Positions 8,437 to 17,478 of a stretch of DNA of 64,000 bases are shown here, one piece after another (the stretch's first letter is position 1; every line of letters begins with the position of its first letter). The notes beneath the pieces were generated by a model. That model made no database searches, was not told the DNA's origin, and saw only the letters and a program-made list of their open reading frames with translations. The translations under genes and the position numbers were made by a program. This stretch comes from Dehalococcoidia bacterium (GTDB lineage Bacteria; Chloroflexota; Dehalococcoidia; UBA2979). The stretch is taken from positions 71,365-135,364 of the forward strand of contig OZ219867.1 of assembly GCA_964291495.2 (NCBI GenBank), written 5' to 3'.

Positions 8437-9584
8437 GCGGCACCTCCGCTCCGGGTGGCGAGTTCGTCGTTCGCCTCGCCGAGGGCGGGCGGCGCGGCCG
8501 GCCGCAGCGGCGTCTCGGAGAGGCCGACGGGCGGGCCGACGGCCGGCTCGCCGCCGGGGCCTTCGAAGAAGCCGCGGGCGGCGAGGTGCTCGTCGGCGGC
8601 GAGGTCGGCGACGTCTGGCACGAAGGCGAAGGCGAGGCGCAGCTCCTGCGCCTTCTGCACGATGTCGGCCGCGTCGTGCTCCATCAGCCAGGGCTCCATC
8701 AGCGCGTCGAAGTCCTGCCAGCGCACCACGCGCTCCTTCGGCAGCTGCAGCAGCGGGTCGTCGATCATCTCGGGACGGTCGATCAGCAGCGCCAATGAGG
8801 TGGCGAAGTCCGGCGCGCCGGGCACGACGGAGACGAAGCCGTCGCGGCAGCGCATGATGTCGGACGGGTAGGCGCCGAGCACGCGCGAGTAGAAGCGCCG
8901 CCGCAGCAACCCCATCCCGTGGTAGACCGCCAGGTTGTGGTCGTCGGTGAGCGCGGCGGTCTCGTAGCTGGCGATGTCGGCGTGGTGGTGCTGCTCCCCG
9001 TGGGCGCGGGCGTTGAGCAGCGTAAGCGTCGTCACCCAGCCGTAGAGGCCGCCGAGGAACTCGGCGGTGTCGACGCCGAGGCTGACCGGCTCGCGGTCCG
9101 GGTAGCCGGTGACGTAGGAGAATCCGGCGAGCGCCTCGATGACGTGGCTGTCGCCCTCGAAACCGGCGTAGGGGCCGCTGCGCCCGAAGGGGCTGATCGA
9201 GACGTAGAGCGTGTCGGGGAAGCGCTCGCGCATCGCGTCGGCGTCGTCGAGCGGAAGCGGCGAGGGGGTCTTCCAGGAGGTGAGCAGCACGTCGGCGCTC
9301 GCGATCAGGTCGGCGGTGACGGTCGCGCCGCCCTCGCTGTTCACGTCGAGCGCGACGCTGCGCTTGCCGCCGTTCAGGAAGGCGTGCTGCCCGCCGCCGT
9401 CGACGTCCGGCTCGTCGCCGGGGAAGGGGCCGGCGAGGCGGATCGGGTCGCCCTCGGGAGGCTCGATACGGATCACCTCGGCGCCGCCCTGCGCGAGCAG
9501 CTTGCCCGCGTAGGCGACGGAGAGGCCCGCCGCGATCTCGATGATGCGCACGCCTTCGAGCGCGCGCGGCGCGTCCGCTGCCAT
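8433..9584 (-). CDS. Class III CoA-transferase, partner subunit (Asp replaced by Glu)
   Basis: LEGVRIIE, GAEVIRIEPPEGDP, NGGKRSVALD; TAEFLGG at the catalytic position. Confidence 0.9.
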   Translation of the reverse strand: MAADAPRALEGVRIIEIAAGLSVAYAGKLLAQGGAEVIRIEPPEGDPIRLAGPFPGDEPDVDGGGQHAFLNGGKRSVALDVNSEGGATVTADLIASADVLLTSWKTPSPLPLDDADAMRERFPDTLYVSISPFGRSGPYAGFEGDSHVIEALAGFSYVTGYPDREPVSLGVDTAEFLGGLYGWVTTLTLLNARAHGEQHHHADIASYETAALTDDHNLAVYHGMGLLRRRFYSRVLGAYPSDIMRCRDGFVSVVPGAPDFATSLALLIDRPEMIDDPLLQLPKERVVRWQDFDALMEPWLMEHDAADIVQKAQELRLAFAFVPDVADLAADEHLAARGFFEGPGGEPAVGPPVGLSETPLRPAAPPALGEANDELATRSGGAA

Positions 9585-9666
9585 CGACCGCTCCCTTCGC
9601 TGCTCGCCGCCGGGGGCGCAGCCTCGACGCTCGCCCGGCGGGCGTCAATGGCGGCGCGGCTCCGGG

Positions 9667-10845
9667 TTACTCCTTGCCGTGGAACTCCGGGATCAGCTCG
9701 CCGATCAGCCGGATGCTGCGCGTCACCTCCTCGTGGCGCAGCTTGCCGACCTGGTGGAAGGACATCAGGCGGTCGATCCCGACCTCCTCGTAACGCTTCA
9801 TCTTCTCGAGGCAGGCCCGCTGGTCCCCGACGACGAGCGACTGCTGTTCGCTGAGTACCTCGAAGACCTCTTCGTCGGGCACGGCTTCGCCGTTCATGAT
9901 CCGCGCGTGGATAAGTTGCGCCTTCGTGGACTCGGCGTCTTCATCCTCGAGGAAGCGGCCGGTGAGGTCGCTTCCGGCCTCGTCCCGTGCGGCCTCGATC
10001 TCCCGTGCGCGGCGCAGGAAGGACTCGCGGGCCTCGAAGAAGGTGAGCGCGGTGTTGGTGTACCAGGCGGCGGCGCCGGCGGCGGCGCTGCTCAGCTCGG
10101 CGTCGCCGTCCTCGACGCAGTGCACGAACGTGAAGAAGGCGATCTGGTTGTTGATGAACTCGCCGACCGGGCGCTCGCACTGGGCGATGCCGCGCTTGTA
10201 GGACTCGACGATCTCCTCGACCTGGTCGAGCGAGCGCCAGAGCGTGTTGGCGAGCGCCCCGACGCCGTTGCGTCCGGCCTGCTCGAACGAGATCGGGCCG
10301 GAGCAGGCCTGCCAGAGTGGCGGGTGGGGCTTCTGCAGCGGCTTGGGCGTGAGCGTGAAGTCGTGGATCTCGAAGTCCTCGCTGTCCCAGTCCACGGCGT
10401 CCTGCGTCCAGAGCTGCGGGATCAGCTCGAACGCCTGCTGCATCTGGTCGCGCGTCTCGTCGCCGTCGATGTTGAAGGCGCGCCACTCCTTGACCGTGGA
10501 GCGCGCCAGGCCGAGCTCGAGGCGGCCCTCGCTGAGGTGGTCGAGGAAGGAGGCGCGCTCGGCGACGCGGATCGGGTGGTTGAAGCGGTGCGGGGAGAGC
10601 ACCGCGGCGTGGCCGACTCGCAGCTGCTCGGTGCCGCGGGCGATCGCGGTCAGCATCATCTCGGGCGCGGAGCTGTAGCTGAACTCGACGGCGCCGTGGT
10701 GCTCCACCTGCCACCAGCAGCCGTAGCCGAGTTCGTCGGCGAGCCGCGCCTGCTCCAGCGTCTCCTCGATCAGTGTGTGCTCGTAGGCGTCGTCGTCCCA
10801 CAGATCGCGGGGACGCTGCATCTCGCTGAAGATGTCGATTTGCAT
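9667..10845 (-). CDS. Luciferase-like (LLM) flavin-dependent oxidoreductase
   Basis: WQVEHH, HPIRVAERASFLDHLSEGRLELG, PKPLQKPHPPLW. Confidence 0.92.
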   Translation of the reverse strand: MQIDIFSEMQRPRDLWDDDAYEHTLIEETLEQARLADELGYGCWWQVEHHGAVEFSYSSAPEMMLTAIARGTEQLRVGHAAVLSPHRFNHPIRVAERASFLDHLSEGRLELGLARSTVKEWRAFNIDGDETRDQMQQAFELIPQLWTQDAVDWDSEDFEIHDFTLTPKPLQKPHPPLWQACSGPISFEQAGRNGVGALANTLWRSLDQVEEIVESYKRGIAQCERPVGEFINNQIAFFTFVHCVEDGDAELSSAAAGAAAWYTNTALTFFEARESFLRRAREIEAARDEAGSDLTGRFLEDEDAESTKAQLIHARIMNGEAVPDEEVFEVLSEQQSLVVGDQRACLEKMKRYEEVGIDRLMSFHQVGKLRHEEVTRSIRLIGELIPEFHGKE

Positions 10846-10852
10846 GGCGCCG

Positions 10853-12115
10853 CTAGCTGCGCGGCAGGCCGAGGCCGCGTGTGGCGATCACGTTACGCTG
10901 GATCTCCGAGGTGCCACCGGCAATCGAGTCCGGGATCATTCGCACGTAGCGGTCGGAGAACTCGCCCTCGATGGGCGCGCGCGAGTCGCCGGGCCAGATG
11001 TTGGTGTAGAGCCCCAGCGCCTTCGCGCCGGTGCGGGCCACGCGCTGGTGCAGCTCGGTGGAGAACACCTTGCCCATCGAGGCCTCGTAGTTGGGGATGA
11101 GGCCAGAGGACTGCATCCAGGCGAGGCGGTACGAGAGGTTGTGTCCGACCTCGGTCTCGATCATGCGATCCGCGATCTCGGCACGCACGGATGGCAACTC
11201 CGCGATACGCGTCCGCGTCCGGCCCTCGTCGCTGTGTGAGTAGTCGATCAGCTTGTGGATCGTGCGCCGGTCCTCGCCGGTTCCGGAGATCGAGGCGCGG
11301 TCGAAATCCATCAGCGTCATCGCGACGTACCAGCCGCGGTTCTCCTCGCCGATCAAGTTCGCCGCGGGTACGCGCACGTTGTCGAAGAAGGTCTCACCGA
11401 AGCGGCCGTGGTCGAAGCAGGCGTTGAGCAGCGGCTTCATCACGATGCCCGGCGCGGTCAGGCTGTCCACCATCAGGAACGAGATGCCTCGATGCTTCGG
11501 TGCGTCCGGGTCGGTCCGCACGAGGCAGTAGATCGCGTCCGAGGTCTGCGGCGTGGACCAGATCTTCTGCCCGTTGAGCACGTACTCGTCACCGTCGCGC
11601 TCCGCACGCAGGCTCAGCGAGGCGAGATCGGAGCCCGCGCCCGGCTCCGAGTAGCCTTGCGCCCACTCGATCTCGCCTCGGGCGATCGCGGGCATGTAGC
11701 GTGCGCGCTGCTCCTCGTTGCCGTGCACCATGAGCACGGAGCCGAGGAACATCGCGCCGGTGCCGCCGGCGCGCGGCGCGCCGGCCTTCTCGCGCTCCTC
11801 GTGGAAGATGAACTGCTCGCGGGTGCTGAAGCCCGCGCCTCCGAGCTCCCTCGGCCAGGCCGGGGCGACGTAGCCCTCGGCGCTGAGTGCGGCGCCCCAG
11901 TCCTCGGCGGCCTGGTGGATTTCGGGATCCTCGGAGAGCCGGTCGCCTGTCCAGCTTGCGGAGTTGAGGATGATCTCCTCGCCGTTGACGGCGCGCACGT
12001 TGTGGAACTCCGCGTGCGGCGAGTTGCGATAGCGGTCGGGCAGCTTCTCCTCGAAGAAGCGGCGGACGTACGCCCTGAACTCCGCCTGCTCGGGCGTGTC
12101 GCTCCAGTCCATCAT
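10853..12115 (-). CDS. Acyl-CoA dehydrogenase (FadE26/FadE17-like type)
   Basis: WAQGYSEPGAGSDLASL, LNGQKIW, IAGGTSEIQRNVIA; start re-called at 12115 with RBS GAGAGGGA. Confidence 0.92.
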   Translation of the reverse strand: MMDWSDTPEQAEFRAYVRRFFEEKLPDRYRNSPHAEFHNVRAVNGEEIILNSASWTGDRLSEDPEIHQAAEDWGAALSAEGYVAPAWPRELGGAGFSTREQFIFHEEREKAGAPRAGGTGAMFLGSVLMVHGNEEQRARYMPAIARGEIEWAQGYSEPGAGSDLASLSLRAERDGDEYVLNGQKIWSTPQTSDAIYCLVRTDPDAPKHRGISFLMVDSLTAPGIVMKPLLNACFDHGRFGETFFDNVRVPAANLIGEENRGWYVAMTLMDFDRASISGTGEDRRTIHKLIDYSHSDEGRTRTRIAELPSVRAEIADRMIETEVGHNLSYRLAWMQSSGLIPNYEASMGKVFSTELHQRVARTGAKALGLYTNIWPGDSRAPIEGEFSDRYVRMIPDSIAGGTSEIQRNVIATRGLGLPRS

Positions 12116-12266
12116 GTCCCTCTCGACATGCTCGTGCTGTCGCGCCAATCATAGCGACACCCCGCCCGCGAGGGCGCGAGAGTCGCCGGCGGCGCAAGCG
12201 GGCTGGACGCCGTGGTCAGAGGCGGCGCTAGACTGCCGGAGGAGGGCGAGTGCGGGAGGCGACCGG

Positions 12267-12710
12267 ATGACCGAGGACCAGGCAGCGGGGGAAGTCGCTC
12301 GCCTGCGGCTGGAACTGGAGCACCGTGACCAGTTGCTGGCCTCGGTCCACGCGCGCGCCGACACGCTGCGGGCCTCCGTCGAGCGGCTCGAGCGTCAGCT
12401 TGAGGCGGCGGCCGAGGAGCAGCGCGAGGCGGCGACGGAGCGCGCCGAGCTGAGGCGGCTGCTCGGGAACTCGCAGCTCCAGGTCCAGCAGCTGTTGCAA
12501 CTCCCGGCGCCGGAGGCGGACACGGGCGCTCCTGACGGCGGCGCTGCTCAGCACCCGCGCACACCACCGCGGCCTCCTGTGACGGCTCCGCCCGCGGGCG
12601 GCCGTGCGCCGAGGCGGGCGAGTGCGCGCCCGAAAGCTCCCGCGCGCAGGCGACGCAGTCTCCTGGACGACGCGCGCGGGATCGTCACCGGCCTGCGCCG
12701 GATGATCTAG
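12267..12710 (+). CDS. Hypothetical coiled-coil protein with Pro-rich linker and amphipathic C-terminal helix
   Basis: RBS GGGAGG; heptad-like EVARLRLELE...ELRRLL; ends LLDDARGIVTGLRRMI. Confidence 0.65.
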   Translation: MTEDQAAGEVARLRLELEHRDQLLASVHARADTLRASVERLERQLEAAAEEQREAATERAELRRLLGNSQLQVQQLLQLPAPEADTGAPDGGAAQHPRTPPRPPVTAPPAGGRAPRRASARPKAPARRRRSLLDDARGIVTGLRRMI

Positions 12711-12791
12711 ACCGACATCACAGTCGAGGGCGCACGATCACACGCATCCGCGGGACGCCGCGGATGCGGGATTCCGGTCGGCAGTGGCCGA

Positions 12792-13151
12792 TCAGGCCGC
12801 TGCGGCGGCTTCGCCCAGGGAGCGCAGCAGGCGCTCGTCGATGTTTCCAGCCACCCTCAGGTGTGCGGCGCTCAATCGGCTCAGCGCAGCGGCCGCGGAG
12901 GCTGCAACTCCGTGCAGCCATGCGACCGCGCGCAGACCCACCCGGAAGGGCCACCAGGCATCAACGCCCGTCCGGTCCGCCGCCCGCCGCCACTCGCCAT
13001 CGAGGCCCTGTGCGAGGCCGTCGAGGGCGAGCGCGAGGGCGTGCCAGATTCCGCTCACAGTGAGCAAGACGAACACGAGCACCCGGCGGACAACCTCCAG
13101 GAATTCCCGGAGGTGGCCCGTCCAGGCGCTCGTCGGGAGCGCGTCAAGCAC
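12792..13151 (-). CDS. Hypothetical helical/amphipathic protein (probable paralog of 13229-13543)
   Basis: 119-aa ORF sharing the W...L-x4-D-x-L-x3-L spacing and a SLGE ending with its neighbour. Confidence 0.55.
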   Translation of the reverse strand: MLDALPTSAWTGHLREFLEVVRRVLVFVLLTVSGIWHALALALDGLAQGLDGEWRRAADRTGVDAWWPFRVGLRAVAWLHGVAASAAAALSRLSAAHLRVAGNIDERLLRSLGEAAAAA

Positions 13152-13228
13152 TCTTGGGTACCCTGTTCGCGTCTCTCGCTAGTTCCTGGCGGCTCGCAAG
13201 GCGAGTTGCCGGCTCAGTCCGCTACGGC

Positions 13229-13543
13229 CTAGCCCTCGGCGAGCGTGCGGAAGAAGTCGTCCGCCGCGCCCGTCAGCTGCCGTACGAACACCGTCACGAT
13301 CGAAACCAGGCGAAGACCGATCGCCGCGATACCCCATAGCACGGCAGCGGGCAGACGAACCCACGTGCCGGCTGCGGTGTCGGTGCGAGCCAGGCCGTTC
13401 TCGCTGCGCTCGCCCAGGCTCGTCACCAGGTCATCGACCTTGGTGGCAAGAATGCTGGCGGCCAGCGTGAAGATCCTCGCGAGGTTGATCCCGACTAGTG
13501 CGACATTCGTCGCAAGGTCACCTACGCGTTCTGCCCACGTCAT
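13229..13543 (-). CDS. Hypothetical helical protein with 44-aa internal repeat
   Basis: Strong RBS (GAGAGGGG), sigma70-like promoter upstream, two ungapped-alignable 44-aa halves. Confidence 0.72.
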   Translation of the reverse strand: MTWAERVGDLATNVALVGINLARIFTLAASILATKVDDLVTSLGERSENGLARTDTAAGTWVRLPAAVLWGIAAIGLRLVSIVTVFVRQLTGAADDFFRTLAEG

Positions 13544-13610
13544 TCCAACAGTCCCCTCTCTCCCGGTGTATGTGCATCCTGGCGTAGCTGCACATACCGG
13601 CTTGGCGCGG

Positions 13611-13640
13611 ACGCTAGAGATTTCGTATCCCGCCTGTCAA
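13611..13640 (-). promoter_or_regulatory. Sigma70-type promoter TTGACA-N18-TAGCGT
   Basis: Minus strand TTGACA (13640-13635), 18-nt spacer, TAGCGT (13616-13611) in an AT-richer intergenic region. Confidence 0.65.
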
Positions 13641-13645
13641 GGGCC

Positions 13646-13678
13646 TAACCGCTCAAGCACTCGCTCAATCAGCGGTTA
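13646..13678. promoter_or_regulatory. Inverted repeat TAACCGCT-N17-AGCGGTTA, candidate operator
   Basis: Perfect 8-bp arms directly upstream of the -35 hexamer; CGCTCAA repeats nearby. Confidence 0.5.
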
Positions 13679-13780
13679 CGTTTAGTTGAGCGTGTAGTTA
13701 CGTTCGTTTTGGACACATTGCGCTACTCTGCGTCTCACGAAGTGCATGATCTGGCGCTTGTGATGGGGAGGATGATCGCA

Positions 13781-14041
13781 ATGCCCGAGCCCACATCGCA
13801 GCCCGATCCGCCGCGCGACGAGGCCCCAAAGCCGCGCCCGCGCTCGCCGTTCCTCGGCGTCGTGGGCGGAGCCGGAGAGGCGGCCGGCGACGCCGCTGGG
13901 TCGGCGCTGGGTGCCGCCGCCGGCCTGGCCTCGGGCCTGGCCGACGCTCTCGAGGGCGTCGTGCGCGAGGCGGCCGGGCCGGCCTGCACCGCCGGCGACA
14001 CGGACTGCGAGGAGCGCGACGAGCCGCGCGAACGCCCATGA
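13781..14041 (+). CDS. Small Gly/Ala-rich hypothetical protein
   Basis: RBS GGGGAGG; ATGA overlap with the downstream YyaL-like gene. Confidence 0.55.
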   Translation: MPEPTSQPDPPRDEAPKPRPRSPFLGVVGGAGEAAGDAAGSALGAAAGLASGLADALEGVVREAAGPACTAGDTDCEERDEPRERP

Positions 14042-16176
14042 CTGAACACAGCGAGGCGGACACGCCTTCCCCCCGCAACCGGCTCGCCGACGAGACCAGC
14101 CCCTACCTGCTGCAACACGCCGACAACCCTGTCGACTGGTACCCCTGGGGCGAGGCGGCCTTCGAGCGAGCCCGCGCCGAGGACAAGCCGCTGCTGCTCT
14201 CGGTCGGCTACTCCTCCTGCCATTGGTGTCACGTCATGGCGCACGAGTCGTTCGAGGACGAGACGATCGCCGCGCTGATGAACGAGGCATTCGTCAACGT
14301 CAAGGTCGATCGCGAGGAACGTCCCGACGTCGACAACGTCTACATGACGGCGACGCAGGCGCTGACCGGCTCCGGCGGCTGGCCGATGACGGTCTTCCTG
14401 ACGCCCGAGGGCAAGCCGTTCTACGCCGGGACCTACTTCCCTCCCGAGGACGGCCACGGCCGTCCGGGCTTCCCGCGCGTGCTGACCGCGCTGCGCGACC
14501 TCTGGCGGGACGACCGCAGCCGCGTGCTCGACTCGGCGCAGGGCATCACGGAGCGGCTGCAGGCCGCGGTCGCCCGCCAGTACGCGAGCGAGGAGGGCCC
14601 GGCCGAGGCGAGCGCCGCGTTGACCTCGGAGGCAGTCGAAGCGCTCTGGCGGGGGTTCGACGAGGAGTGGGGCGGCTTCGGCAGCGCGCCGAAGTTCCCC
14701 AGCCCGGGAGGCCTCGAGTTCCTGCTGATGCACGAGGCGCGCCGGCGAGCGGAGGGCGGCGCGCCGGGCACGGCGGGACGCATGGCGCTCTCGACGCTGC
14801 GGGCGATGGCGGCGGGCGGCATGTACGACCAGCTCGGCGGCGGCTTCGCGCGCTACAGCGTCGATCGCCAGTGGCTGGTCCCGCACTTCGAGAAGATGCT
14901 CTACGACAACGCGCAGCTCGCCGGCGTCTACCTGCACGGCCACCAGTTCGGCGGCGATCCGGCCTTCGAGCGGATCGTGCGCGAAACGCTCGACTACCTC
15001 GAGCGCGAGATGCTCGACGGCGACGGCGGCTTCTACAGCGCGCAGGACGCAGACAGCGAGGGCATCGAGGGCAAGTTCTTCGTCTGGACCCGAGCCGAGC
15101 TGACCGCCGTCCTCGGCGAGGAGGACGCGCGGATCTGCGGAGCCGTCTACGGGGTGACCGAGGGCGGCAACTTCGAGGATCCGCACCATCCGGAGTTCGG
15201 GCGGCGCAACGTGCTGAGCCGCTACCGCCCGCTCGGCGAGATCGCGCGCGACTTCGGGCTGGACGAGGCGGAGCTGGAGACGCGCCTCGCCGGCTGGCGC
15301 GCGGCGCTGCTGGCGGAGCGAGAACAGCGCGTCTGGCCCGGCCTAGACGACAAGGTACTGACCTCGTGGAACGGGCTCGCCCTCGCTGCCTTCGCCGAGG
15401 CGGGGCGAGTGCTCGGCGACGCTCGCTACCTGGAGATCGCGCGGCGCAACGCGGAGTTCGTGCGCGCCTCGATGTGGCAGGCGGCTGCCGATGGGAGTGG
15501 CGGGCGATTGCTGCACAGCTGGAAGGACGGCGTCGCGAAGATCGACGGTCTGCTCGACGACTACGCCTGCTACGGCCTCGGCCTGCTCGAGCTCTACCGC
15601 GCCACGGGCGACCTCGACCACCTGCATTGGGCCGCCGAGCTGCTCGCGGAGATCGTCGAGCGCTTCCACGACGCTGAGGGCGGCGGATTCTTCGAGTCGC
15701 CCGAGGACGCCGAGCGCCTGATCCTGCGCCAGAAGCCGTTCTACGACGCCGCGTCGCCGAGCGGCAACGGCGCGGCCGCGCTCCTCGCGTTCTGGCTCGG
15801 CCGCTACTTCGGACGGCCCGAGTGGGAGGACGTGGCCCGCGAGGTGGTCTCGCAGGTCAGCGCGAGGATGGCGGAGGGCGCCGGCGGCTTCGGCAGCCTG
15901 CTCCAGCTCGTCGAACTGCTGGTGTCGCCGCCGCGCGAGATCGCGGTCGTCGGCGACGCGGAGGCGCGAGTGCCGTTCGAGCGCGAGCTGGCCGGGCGCT
16001 TCCTGCCCGCAACGCTACTCGCGCCCGCTGCCGGCGAGGGCGTACTCCCGGTCCTCGAGGGTCGCGCCGTCCCACCCGGCGAGGCCGCCGCCTACGTCTG
16101 CGAGGACTTCGTCTGCGCGCTCCCCGCGCGCAGCGCCGAGGAACTCGCGGCGCAGCTGGACGAGGGTGGCGCGTAG
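14038..16176 (+). CDS. Thioredoxin-domain / (alpha/alpha)6 protein (YyaL/SSP411, DUF255)
   Basis: [54 protein letters not shown]. Confidence 0.95.
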   Translation: MTEHSEADTPSPRNRLADETSPYLLQHADNPVDWYPWGEAAFERARAEDKPLLLSVGYSSCHWCHVMAHESFEDETIAALMNEAFVNVKVDREERPDVDNVYMTATQALTGSGGWPMTVFLTPEGKPFYAGTYFPPEDGHGRPGFPRVLTALRDLWRDDRSRVLDSAQGITERLQAAVARQYASEEGPAEASAALTSEAVEALWRGFDEEWGGFGSAPKFPSPGGLEFLLMHEARRRAEGGAPGTAGRMALSTLRAMAAGGMYDQLGGGFARYSVDRQWLVPHFEKMLYDNAQLAGVYLHGHQFGGDPAFERIVRETLDYLEREMLDGDGGFYSAQDADSEGIEGKFFVWTRAELTAVLGEEDARICGAVYGVTEGGNFEDPHHPEFGRRNVLSRYRPLGEIARDFGLDEAELETRLAGWRAALLAEREQRVWPGLDDKVLTSWNGLALAAFAEAGRVLGDARYLEIARRNAEFVRASMWQAAADGSGGRLLHSWKDGVAKIDGLLDDYACYGLGLLELYRATGDLDHLHWAAELLAEIVERFHDAEGGGFFESPEDAERLILRQKPFYDAASPSGNGAAALLAFWLGRYFGRPEWEDVAREVVSQVSARMAEGAGGFGSLLQLVELLVSPPREIAVVGDAEARVPFERELAGRFLPATLLAPAAGEGVLPVLEGRAVPPGEAAAYVCEDFVCALPARSAEELAAQLDEGGA

Positions 16177-16279
16177 CGCGGGCGGGACTGGACGGCGTAC
16201 CGCGGCATCGCCACACTGCGTCGCGGGCGACGGACCGCGTCGCCCGCCCGGCGAACGCAGTCCCAGCGAGGAGCCAGCG

Positions 16280-17368
16280 ATGCGAGCCGCAGTCTTCCAC
16301 GCCCCGAATGACGCACTGACCGTCGAGGAGATCGACCTCGACGAGCCGCGCGGCAGCGAGGTCGTCGTCCGCACCGGGGCGAGCGGCGTGTGCCACTCCG
16401 ACCTGCACTTCGTGGAGGGCCTCTACGCGATGGCCACGCCGGCCGTGCTCGGCCACGAGGGCGCCGGGGTCGTCGAGGCGGTCGGCGAGGACGTCACGAT
16501 GTTCGCCCCGGGCGACCGCGTGATCGCCTGCCTCTCGATCTTCTGCGGGAACTGCGACCGCTGCCTGAGCGGCGAGCCGTTCCTCTGCATGCAAAACCCG
16601 ATGCGCCGCCGCGGCGACGAGCCGGCGCTGAGCTGGAAGGGCGGCGGCCTGACGCAGATGGCGGGCCTCGCCACCTACGCGGAGCGGATGCTGGTCCACC
16701 AGAACGCCCTCGTGAAGGTCGAGGCGGAGATCGAGGTCGACCGCATGGCCCTGATCGGCTGCGGCGTCACCACCGGCCTCGGCGCCGTGCTCAACACCGC
16801 GGGCATCGAGGTCGGCTCGACGGTCGCGGTCTTCGGCGCGGGCGGGGTGGGCCTGGCCGCGATCCAGGGGGCGCGCATCGGCGGCGCGCGCACGATCATC
16901 GCCGTGGACGTGCACGAGTCGAAGCTGGCGACCGCCCGCGAGCTGGGCGCGACGCACTCCGTCGACGCCTCCTCGCGGGACCCGGTGGAGGCGATCAAGG
17001 GCATCGTCCCCGGCGGCGTCGACTACACCTTCGAGGCGATCGGTCTGAAGGTGGCCGCCGAGCAGTGCTATGAGGCGATCCGCCGCGGCGGCACCGCCAC
17101 GGTGATCGGGATGATCCCGCAGGGTGTGAAGGTGGAGATCGACGGGCCCAGCCTGCTCGGCGGCAAGACGTTCCAGGGCTCGTTCATGGGCTCCAACCGC
17201 TTCCGCATCGACATGCCTCGGTACATCGACTGGTACCTGCAGGGCCGGCTGCTGCTGGACGAGATGATCACGCGGCGCGGGCGGCTCGAGGACATCAACG
17301 AGGCGTTCCGGGCGATGAAGGCGGGCGAGGTCGCCCGCAGCGTCCTGATGTTCGACGAGGACGCGTAG
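16280..17368 (+). CDS. Zn-dependent alcohol dehydrogenase (MDR), copy 1
   Basis: GVCHSD, GHEG, structural Zn CGNCDRC-x7-C, GAGGVG. Confidence 0.95.
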   Translation: MRAAVFHAPNDALTVEEIDLDEPRGSEVVVRTGASGVCHSDLHFVEGLYAMATPAVLGHEGAGVVEAVGEDVTMFAPGDRVIACLSIFCGNCDRCLSGEPFLCMQNPMRRRGDEPALSWKGGGLTQMAGLATYAERMLVHQNALVKVEAEIEVDRMALIGCGVTTGLGAVLNTAGIEVGSTVAVFGAGGVGLAAIQGARIGGARTIIAVDVHESKLATARELGATHSVDASSRDPVEAIKGIVPGGVDYTFEAIGLKVAAEQCYEAIRRGGTATVIGMIPQGVKVEIDGPSLLGGKTFQGSFMGSNRFRIDMPRYIDWYLQGRLLLDEMITRRGRLEDINEAFRAMKAGEVARSVLMFDEDA

Positions 17369-17478
17369 GGCGGACGCACCGGGCGGCTGGACAGCGCATC
17401 GCGGCATGGCCACACTGCGTCGCGGGCGGCGCACGCCGTGAGCCGCCCGCCGAACGTACGCAGCGAGGGGATCCAGCG

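Noticed and set aside
12792-13543. Assignment as chlorosome envelope or gas-vesicle proteins
   Set aside because: Only a general amphipathic resemblance; no diagnostic motifs and no photosynthesis or gvp genes nearby
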